DNA of 5,446 bases, taken from a virus. The notes under the pieces are model-generated. The model searched no databases and was not told the origin of the DNA. It saw only the letters and a program-made list of their open reading frames with translations. The first letter of the stretch is position 1. Each line of letters opens with the position of its first letter. The stretch lies in IMG/VR virus record IMGVR_UViG_3300029171_000136, positions 1 to 5,446 of that record, one strand, 5' to 3'. The translations under genes were made by a program, and so were the position numbers. Positions 1 to 5,366 of the stretch are shown piece after piece.

Positions 1-31
1 CGAAACGTCTACAAACAGTGAAAAAAAATAA
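1..31 (+). CDS. Partial 3' end of the VP3-like ORF. It is a duplicate of 5336-5366 and an artefact of linearising the circle.
   Basis: The sequence is identical to the last 31 nt of ORF 5043-5366, and the stop codon taa lies at 29-31. Confidence 0.55.
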   Translation, partial: ETSTNSEKK

Positions 32-35
32 ATTC

Positions 36-88
36 AAGAGTGGTACGCATCTATTCTATAGTATCAAGTAGGTGTAGTACCACTTTTT
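36..88 (+). terminator. Long imperfect hairpin followed by a T-run. It may be an intrinsic terminator or an ssDNA structural signal. A second copy lies at 5371-5423.
   Basis: agtggtac (39-46) is the exact reverse complement of gtaccact (77-84). The stem extends outward (36-38 with 85-87, one G.T pair) and inward (47-55 with 67-75, including G.T pairs and a bulged A76). The loop is 11 nt, ctatagtatca (56-66). T5 at 84-88 is followed by A8. The hairpin starts 5 nt after the stop codon at 29-31 and ends 20 nt before the VP2 ATG. Confidence 0.5.
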
Positions 89-107
89 AAAAAAAAGCGC
101 GAAAAAT

Positions 108-1088
108 ATGGGAGCACAATTAGCAGTAATGGCCGGAATAGCAGCAGCAACAGCAGCTGCAAACGCAGCAGCAGAAAACCGGAGAGAAAAGAAACAGAAG
201 AAAGAAAACAGGTACATGTTAGAAAGGCAGCACCAACTAGGGCTAGACATGTGGGCAGCAACAGGAACGCAAGCACAAGTAGGACAGCTAGAAGCAGCGG
301 GCCTAAACAAAGCACTGATGTACGCAGGAAAAGGAGGCGGAGGACAATCCGCAGGAATGCCAACAGGACAACCAGCTCAAATGGCTGATCAATCAAAATC
401 AATAGGAATGGCATTACAGACAGCAATGATGGCGGCACAAGTAAAAAACATCGAGGCAGACACAAAACAGAAAGAAGTAACAACCGAAAAAACAGCAGGA
501 ACAGACACAACAGAGTCCCAAAGCAGAATAGCGAAATTAGCAGCAGAAACACAAAACGCAGCACTGCAAAACCAACTAATGCAATTCGACAAAAAACTAA
601 AAGCAATAGAAGTTCGAATTCAACAAGGCGGGGAACAAGCAAGGACAGAACAACCGGAATTAGTAAACCGGGAAATAAACCAATCTATCGAAAAAATCGT
701 AGCGGAAACGAGGACTGAAATAGCAAAAGGTAAAGTAGCCGAAGGAACAGCAGAAACAACAATCAAACAAGCACACGCAGCAGCGTTAGAACAAGCATTG
801 AGAATAAGCCTACAAAGGCAGGGTATCATAAAACAAGGAATAGAAACCCAAGAAATCAGAGCGAAAATTGAAAAAATCAGCGAAGAGATAATAAGGATGC
901 AAGAACAAACAAAGCAAGGACAAGAAGGATTAGACCAAAACGAACAAAGAATCCTACTGGAAAAAATTCAAACAGAATTCAACACAGGAGACAGCGCAGA
1001 AACGTTAAGATGGATCAACGCTATCGGAAACTTAGGCATGAGAGCGGCAGAAATGTACATCAAAAAAGGAAAGCCGGACGGGAAATAA
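108..1088 (+). CDS. VP2: Microviridae VP2 (minor capsid / DNA pilot protein, H-like)
   Basis: The ORF encodes 326 aa. The N-terminus is Ala/Gly-rich and hydrophobic (MGAQLAVMAGIAAATAAANAAA). It is followed by W...QLEAAGLNKALMY, which matches the EAGLNPxLM signature I recall at the N-terminal end of gokusho/alpavirus VP2 proteins. The rest is a long Q/E/K/A-rich region that looks like coiled coil. The position between the VP3-like ORF and VP4 fits. Confidence 0.85.
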   Translation: MGAQLAVMAGIAAATAAANAAAENRREKKQKKENRYMLERQHQLGLDMWAATGTQAQVGQLEAAGLNKALMYAGKGGGGQSAGMPTGQPAQMADQSKSIGMALQTAMMAAQVKNIEADTKQKEVTTEKTAGTDTTESQSRIAKLAAETQNAALQNQLMQFDKKLKAIEVRIQQGGEQARTEQPELVNREINQSIEKIVAETRTEIAKGKVAEGTAETTIKQAHAAALEQALRISLQRQGIIKQGIETQEIRAKIEKISEEIIRMQEQTKQGQEGLDQNEQRILLEKIQTEFNTGDSAETLRWINAIGNLGMRAAEMYIKKGKPDGK

Positions 1089-1114
1089 TAGAAAAGAAAA
1101 AGGGGGGGGCGATG

Positions 1115-1188
1115 CCTATCGCGAAACGCGAAAGGCCCGGGCTATCCGGTCGTGGCTCCCTTCTATCCCTATCGCGCTTACGCAAGAG
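1115..1188 (+). repeat. Two copies of an imperfect repeat of about 21 nt, each with a small GC hairpin, plus four CTATC motifs
   Basis: cctatcgcg occurs at 1115-1123 and again at 1168-1176. Unit 1 is cctatcgcg-aaa-cgcgaaagg (1115-1135) and unit 2 is cctatcgcg-ctta-cgcaagag (1168-1188). CTATC occurs at 1116, 1142, 1163 and 1169. Confidence 0.75.
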
Positions 1189-1191
1189 TAA

Positions 1192-1277
1192 CCCGCAAGG
1201 GGGCCCCGACTCCAAAAAAAATTACCTGTCACGCCCCCTGTGGGGGGGATTTTTTAAGTCGTTACCCCTCTTGCGGG
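1192..1277 (+). repeat. Inverted repeat forming a 12-bp stem with one bulge around a 61-nt interior
   Basis: cccgcaag (1192-1199) is the reverse complement of cttgcggg (1270-1277). After a bulged T1269, gggg (1200-1203) pairs with cccc (1265-1268). The interior holds the C5/G7 hairpin and the T6 run. Confidence 0.65.
1234..1255 (+). terminator. Short GC hairpin plus T6, resembling an intrinsic terminator downstream of VP2
   Basis: ccccc (1234-1238), tgt loop, ggggg (1242-1246), then gga and tttttt (1250-1255). The stem is only 5 bp with a 3-nt loop. C5 can alternatively pair with the distal G-run: 1105-1111 pairs with 1232-1238 over 7 bp. Confidence 0.4.
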
Positions 1278-1314
1278 GCACCCTGTAGAAAAGGAAACCT
1301 AAAACTCAAAAAAT

Positions 1315-1518
1315 ATGAATTGGACAACATCAACATGCTACTTTGACGAAAAGGGAAAAGTAATGAATAAAAAGCGAATAGAAAACGGGGAATACGTCAT
1401 ACACAAAAAAGAGGAGAAATACAAAAAAGAAGATGAATTTAACATGAAAAAAATCATCAATTATCACTGTAAACCGAATCCGCAAACCCAAATAAAATTT
1501 GGGACGACTATAGCTTAA
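1315..1518 (+). CDS. Hypothetical small protein (67 aa, or 51 aa from the alternative start at 1363)
   Basis: This ORF fills the gap between the GC island and VP4 on the coding strand. Its start context, caaaaaatATG, resembles that of VP2, gaaaaatATG. The product is K/E-rich with no motif I recognise. Random open frames are frequent on this T-poor strand, so support is weak. Confidence 0.35.
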   Translation: MNWTTSTCYFDEKGKVMNKKRIENGEYVIHKKEEKYKKEDEFNMKKIINYHCKPNPQTQIKFGTTIA

Positions 1519-1565
1519 AACGCATGTAATAAAGCCTAAAACAAAATTGACAAAAGCAAATAAAA

Positions 1566-2699
1566 ATGTGCCTTTATCCAAGATTAATAAGAAATAAAAA
1601 GTACACGGCAACAATAAAGAACAACGGCAACATTCCGGAACCAAAAGATAAAAGGGTACTAGCAGTACCACTCAAATGTGGGAGATGCATGGAATGTCGA
1701 AAAGCAATATCGAGGGAATGGCAAACAAGATTAAACGAAGAAGTACGACACAACAACAAAGGAAGATTTGTAACACTCACAATAAGCAACGAAAGTCTCG
1801 CCGAATTAGGAAACGAAATAGAAGTAACAGGTTACGAAAGAGACAACGCAATAGCAACATTAGCAACAAGAAGATTCCTAGAACGATGGCGAAAACACGA
1901 AGGCAAATCCGTCAAACATTGGCTAATAACAGAACTAGGACACAACGGAACGGAAAACGTACACTTGCACGGCATAGTCTGGAATAAAAACAATAAACTA
2001 ATAACAGAACGATGGCAATACGGTCACGTATTCTGCGGGGGATGGCTAAGCGAACAAACGGTCAACTACATTGTGAAATACGTACACAAAACAGACCTAA
2101 AACATCCAAACTACAAACCAAAAATACTAACAAGCAAAGGCATCGGGTCAGGATATATGAAAAGATTCGATGCAGAACAAAACAAATTCAAAGGGTTAAC
2201 AACGGTAGAAACATACAAAACAAGAAGCGGCACCAAATTAACACTGCCAGTATACTACCGAAATAAAATATATAGTGAGGAAGAACGAGAACAACTTTGG
2301 TTACAAAAACTAGACACACAAACCCGATACGTTGACAAACGAAAAATAGACATCTCCAAAGGACCAGAAGAATACTACGCACTACTACAAGAAGCACAAC
2401 GCAAAAGCGCAAAACTGGGATACGGAACAGACGAAACAGATTGGGATAAAAAAACCTACGAAGAAAAACGCAGAGACATGTTATACGCAGAAAGAACCAA
2501 AAAAACAACAATACAACCAAAGAAAATATTTACATATATTTACGTAACTGAGGACGGAGAAATAATCGAACCTCACGAGGTTAAGAACGGCACCTATATT
2601 AAAGAACGTTCACAAATAATTAACACAAAAGAAGATGAAATTAACAACAAAACAACAATCACAAAAAGAATCACCGTCAGAGCAGCTAACGGAAGTTGA
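1566..2699 (+). CDS. VP4: Microviridae VP4 replication initiation protein (HUH rolling-circle endonuclease, phiX174 gpA family)
   Basis: The ORF encodes 377 aa. The N-terminus MCLYPRLIRNKKY and the Cys cluster CGRCMEC are typical of VP4. Motif 1 is RFVTLTI. The HUH motif is VHLHGIVW (H133-L-H135, nt 1962-1970). The double-tyrosine motif is NYIVKYVHK (Y168 at nt 2067-2069 and Y172 at nt 2079-2081), which parallels YVAKYVNK of the phiX174 A protein. Confidence 0.95.
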   Translation: MCLYPRLIRNKKYTATIKNNGNIPEPKDKRVLAVPLKCGRCMECRKAISREWQTRLNEEVRHNNKGRFVTLTISNESLAELGNEIEVTGYERDNAIATLATRRFLERWRKHEGKSVKHWLITELGHNGTENVHLHGIVWNKNNKLITERWQYGHVFCGGWLSEQTVNYIVKYVHKTDLKHPNYKPKILTSKGIGSGYMKRFDAEQNKFKGLTTVETYKTRSGTKLTLPVYYRNKIYSEEEREQLWLQKLDTQTRYVDKRKIDISKGPEEYYALLQEAQRKSAKLGYGTDETDWDKKTYEEKRRDMLYAERTKKTTIQPKKIFTYIYVTEDGEIIEPHEVKNGTYIKERSQIINTKEDEINNKTTITKRITVRAANGS

Positions 2700-2886
2700 G
2701 ACAATTCAAAACACACCATTCACAATGGTGAAAACACCAAACGGGTATTTCCTAGCATTAGGAAAATACAAACTATCCGAAGAATTACCAGTAAAAGAGG
2801 AAGTAAAACAATTAATAACACCTCACAATTGGGATTTACTATTTAAAGTAATCCAAATCTTTCAAATGAACCAAGAAAAAAACTAA
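2635..2886 (+). CDS. Hypothetical small protein (83 aa, or 54 aa from the alternative ATG at 2725)
   Basis: The ORF occupies the VP4-VP1 gap and ends 7 nt before the VP1 ATG. Its composition looks protein-like and is not low-complexity (TPFTMVKTPNGYFLALGKYKLSEELPVKEEVKQLITPHNWDLLFKVIQIF). If it starts at 2635 it overlaps the VP4 3' end by 65 nt in another frame. I cannot assign a function. Confidence 0.55.
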   Translation: MKLTTKQQSQKESPSEQLTEVETIQNTPFTMVKTPNGYFLALGKYKLSEELPVKEEVKQLITPHNWDLLFKVIQIFQMNQEKN

Positions 2887-2893
2887 CACAAAA

Positions 2894-4972
2894 ATGAGCA
2901 ACAAGGTAACAATAGGCGGAGACCGACTAGGAGCGGGAAAACGCGAATCCGTAACGATGCACGGATATAACAGAAGCAATCACGACCTTAGCTACGCATG
3001 GAGGTCGACATTGGCAGCAGGAGTATTAACTCCCTTCCTAAAAAAAGTAGCACTACCAGGCGATACATTTGACATTGACTTACACGCAAGCGTATTAACA
3101 CAACCAACAATAGGGCCACTATTCGGAAGCTTCAAACTGCAGTTAGATGTATTTCAAGTACCAATCAGATTATACCAAGGCATGTTACACATGAACATGT
3201 TAGGAATCGGGATGGACATGAGTGCAGTAAAGCTGCCAGTATTCACTCTGACAGGACAAGCTATGAAAAGTATTAACGACTTCGAATACATTAACCAATC
3301 AAGCGTATTAGCGTACCTAGGCATAAGAGGCTTAGCATCAAGAGGGTACCAAGGGTTAGTAGTAAGAAACTTCAACGCTATACCATATCTAGCTTACGTT
3401 GACATATTCAAAAACTACTACGCAAACAAACAGGAAGACAACGCGTACGTAGTACACAGCACGCCAGCAAGAACACTTTCGGGAATAACAAACACAAACG
3501 CATTGGTAGGGTCTACACACAGCCCAACAACAACCGCGATATTGGTTACGAACATAAACTCACCGACAGTCGCAATGGTATACTCAACAACGTTCGAACC
3601 AGTAGTACAAATAAACATTCAATTCCCAATAGGCGAAGTAGTAAACGGGCTAACAATTGACGACTTCACAATAAACAGCCAACCAATAGGTGGCGGAGGT
3701 GGAGCATCACAAAGACCCGCGTCAGATTTATTCACGCGGATAGAAATCGTAGGAATAAACGGCACGAACGCAACAATAAACCTAAGAGGACCAAAATGGA
3801 TTATCGGAAGCAGCAGAGAAATCTCAGCAGCATACTGGACAAGCAGCGCAAACGCAATAAAAGGTACCATAGACTTGTACCCATTCAGACTAAAAGACAT
3901 TGACGATTGTAGAGTAGCAATACTACAAAACAACAACGCGGCAGCGTTCAACCTGTCTACATGGGCAACAACGAACAACAAAGGACCATACAAATTCCTA
4001 TTCGAAGCGATACAAAGCGGAACACAACCGAACATAACTCGAACAACATCGCTTGAAAAAAACATGGAGGGACTATTGGTAAAAACTTACAATAGCGATC
4101 TATTCAATAACTGGATATCGACAGAATGGATTGACGGACCCAACGGCATCGCAGCAGTAACAGCAGTAGACACGACAGGGAACAGTTTCACAATAGACGA
4201 ACTGAACCTAGCTAAAAAAGTTTACAACATGTTAAACAGAATCGCGCTAAGTGGTGGAAGTTATGACGATTGGTTAGATGCAGTATACGACCATGACAGA
4301 CAACGAAGCGCAGAAAATCCAATGTACATGGGTGGATTAATCCAAGACGTACAATTTGAAGAAGTAATAAGCACCGCAGCAACAACAACAGGCGATTTAG
4401 GACAAATAGCGGGAAGAGGAAGGCTAGGAAACTTCAAAAAAGGTGGTAAAGTAATCGTAAAAGTAAGCGAACCGAGTTATATAATCGGTATAGCATCATT
4501 GACGCCAATAATCGACTACAGCCAAGGCAATGACTGGGATAACAACCTAGTAACTATGAACGACTTACACAAACCAGCATTGGACGGAATAGGTTTCCAA
4601 GACCTAATAACCGAACAAATGTACTGGGGAACAAGCTACCAAGGAGTCGCAGACGCAACCAGAGCAACAGTAAAAGCAAGCGCAGGTAAACAACCGGCAT
4701 GGATCAACTACATGACAGCGGTAAATAAAACGTTTGCAAACTTCGCAAACAAAAAAGACCAAATGTGGATGACACTAAACAGACAGTATGAAGTCAATTG
4801 GGCATCACAAACTGACCAAGCAATAAGAGACCTTACAACGTACATCGACCCAACGAAGTACAACAACGTGTTCGCGGACACAAGGTTAGACGCACAAAAC
4901 TTCTGGGTACAAATAGGGGTAGGAATCGAAGCACGAAGAAAAATGAGTGCAAAGGTAATACCAAACCTATAA
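2894..4972 (+). CDS. VP1: Microviridae major capsid protein VP1 (F-like jelly-roll)
   Basis: The ORF encodes 692 aa. The N-terminal block GGDRLGAGK...YNRSNHDLSYAWRSTLAAGVLTPFLKKVALPGDTFDIDL...PTIGPLFGSFKLQLDVFQVPIRLY matches the conserved pattern RS.(F/H)(D/N)LS...T...G.L.P...LPGD...FFVP.RL of gokusho/alpavirus VP1. It is the largest ORF and sits in the expected position. Confidence 0.95.
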   Translation: MSNKVTIGGDRLGAGKRESVTMHGYNRSNHDLSYAWRSTLAAGVLTPFLKKVALPGDTFDIDLHASVLTQPTIGPLFGSFKLQLDVFQVPIRLYQGMLHMNMLGIGMDMSAVKLPVFTLTGQAMKSINDFEYINQSSVLAYLGIRGLASRGYQGLVVRNFNAIPYLAYVDIFKNYYANKQEDNAYVVHSTPARTLSGITNTNALVGSTHSPTTTAILVTNINSPTVAMVYSTTFEPVVQINIQFPIGEVVNGLTIDDFTINSQPIGGGGGASQRPASDLFTRIEIVGINGTNATINLRGPKWIIGSSREISAAYWTSSANAIKGTIDLYPFRLKDIDDCRVAILQNNNAAAFNLSTWATTNNKGPYKFLFEAIQSGTQPNITRTTSLEKNMEGLLVKTYNSDLFNNWISTEWIDGPNGIAAVTAVDTTGNSFTIDELNLAKKVYNMLNRIALSGGSYDDWLDAVYDHDRQRSAENPMYMGGLIQDVQFEEVISTAATTTGDLGQIAGRGRLGNFKKGGKVIVKVSEPSYIIGIASLTPIIDYSQGNDWDNNLVTMNDLHKPALDGIGFQDLITEQMYWGTSYQGVADATRATVKASAGKQPAWINYMTAVNKTFANFANKKDQMWMTLNRQYEVNWASQTDQAIRDLTTYIDPTKYNNVFADTRLDAQNFWVQIGVGIEARRKMSAKVIPNL

Positions 4973-4976
4973 AACA

Positions 4977-5027
4977 CCACTGGGGGGCGGAACCGAGGAC
5001 GGTACAGGGTAGCCGCAAACTTAAAAA
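4977..5027 (+). other. GC-rich spacer element after VP1 that carries an inverted copy of the 3' part of the 1101-1288 island
   Basis: It contains G6 (4982-4987) and a small hairpin accg-agga-cggt (4992-5003). The reverse complement of 5003-5027 is tttttaagtttgcggctaccctgta. This is collinear with 1251-1259 tttttaagt and 1271-1287 ttgcggggcaccctgta. Confidence 0.7.
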
Positions 5028-5042
5028 CAAACAAAATCAAAA

Positions 5043-5366
5043 ATGTTTAAAACCAACGGACACATTTCAACCGCTCTGGGAGCGGTAGAAGTAACAGAAG
5101 GCGAATCAATCGAAGAAAAAGTAGAGAGAATCGTAAACAACAAAGAGCCCATAAAAGACGGAGCACCTCCAATGTTCACAGAACGAGGTAAAGGAGTACT
5201 AGCAAGTACAAACATAAGAACGGATAGATTTTTAGTCGCAATAGAAGCCACTGAAAAAATCGAAAAGTCTTACAAAGCAAGACGAGAAGAAAGACAAACA
5301 ACAGACGGGAAACCCGAGTCAATAGATGGCAAGGACGAAACGTCTACAAACAGTGAAAAAAAATAA
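5043..5366 (+). CDS. Small VP3-like protein (putative internal scaffolding protein). It spans the circular junction.
   Basis: The ORF encodes 107 aa. The block EEKVERIVNNKEPIKDGAPPMFTERGKGVLASTNIRTDRFLVAIEATEKI resembles a conserved segment (KEPI.DGAP..YTER..GV....(D/N)IRTDRF..A) that I recall in small proteins encoded next to VP1/VP2 in Bacteroidota-associated microviruses. The start context is A-rich, atcaaaaATG. The functional label comes from memory and has not been searched. Confidence 0.65.
   Translation: MFKTNGHISTALGAVEVTEGESIEEKVERIVNNKEPIKDGAPPMFTERGKGVLASTNIRTDRFLVAIEATEKIEKSYKARREERQTTDGKPESIDGKDETSTNSEKK

Larger units (their letters stand above)
1..111. repeat. Terminal direct repeat, copy 1. 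This is the overlap of a circular genome, giving a unit length of 5335 nt.
   Basis: By hand alignment, 1-111 (cgaaacgtctacaaacagtg...gcgcgaaaaatatgg) is base-for-base identical to 5336-5446, an offset of 5335. ORF 5043-5366 reads through the junction, and the VP2 ATG at 108 reappears at 5443. Confidence 0.97.
1101..1288 (+). other. G+C-rich, highly structured intergenic island of unknown function. It is a candidate ssDNA or RNA element.
   Basis: My hand count gives 113 G+C in 190 nt (about 59 percent), against about 32 percent in the following 120 nt. It contains G8 (1102-1109), G7 (1242-1248), C5 (1234-1238), the palindromes gcccgggc (1135-1142) and ggggcccc (1200-1207), several short GC hairpins, direct repeats and nested inverted repeats. 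No convincing protein is encoded here. Confidence 0.8.

Noticed and set aside
21-28. The A8 run immediately before the stop codon of the VP3-like ORF as a programmed slippage or frameshift site.
   Set aside because: Slippage would only add about 20 residues read through the hairpin region, with no recognisable product. A-runs are common in this A-rich genome, for example at 89-96 and 1214-1221.
62-69. The octamer ACTTGATA, identical to part of the phiX174 origin (CAACTTG/ATATTAATAAC), read on the minus strand within the loop and 3' arm of the 36-88 hairpin.
   Set aside because: It is on the wrong strand. Rep must nick the viral + strand, which here is the coding strand. My rough estimate for an 8-mer match on either strand of a 5.3-kb genome is 0.1-0.2 occurrences by chance. 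Nothing beyond the octamer matches the phiX origin.
1-111. The 111-nt terminal repeat considered as a biological direct terminal repeat or LTR.
   Set aside because: Microviridae genomes are covalently closed circles. An ORF reads straight through the junction and the repeat is exact. This is what a linearised circular contig looks like.
1102-1278. G-runs (G8, G5, G7, G4) as a G-quadruplex.
   Set aside because: The runs are separated by about 90, 38 and 26 nt, far beyond canonical G4 loop lengths. Each run has a complementary C-run available for ordinary duplex pairing.
1010-1346. The + strand ORFs 1010-1288 (92 aa) and 1152-1346 (64 aa, GTG start) that cross the GC island. The second contains two CxxxC pairs, CHAPC and CGAPC.
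   Set aside because: The Cys pairs come from the repeated nucleotide motif ccctgt (1236 and 1281). Both ORFs run through strong hairpins, palindromes and homopolymer runs. The first overlaps the VP2 3' end, and neither has a start context like those of the real genes. A structural nucleic-acid element is the simpler explanation.
1547-1552. TTGACA hexamer upstream of VP4 as a sigma70-type -35 box.
   Set aside because: It lies only 14 nt before the VP4 ATG, so a -10 box at normal spacing would overlap the start codon. The lack of Shine-Dalgarno motifs also suggests a host that does not use sigma70-type promoters.
3064-3071. TAcaTTTG, an exact match to the Bacteroides -7 promoter consensus TAnnTTTG, together with a near-match taaaatttg at 1493-1501 upstream of VP4.
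   Set aside because: The exact match lies deep inside VP1, with no TTTG at about -33 and no downstream gene start. The site at 1493 has one extra spacer base and no -33 element. A single short match is not enough evidence to call a promoter.
56-5251. All thirteen minus-strand ORFs in the supplied track: 56-310, 64-642, 389-592, 620-829, 1330-1671, 1574-1789, 2188-2520, 3154-3375, 3418-3618, 3619-4065, 4708-5040, 4833-5030 and 5021-5251.
   Set aside because: The minus strand is T-rich and A-poor, so stop codons are rare and the translations are low-complexity strings of L, F, V and C. Every one lies antisense to a well-supported + strand gene. As far as I know, Microviridae transcribe one strand only.
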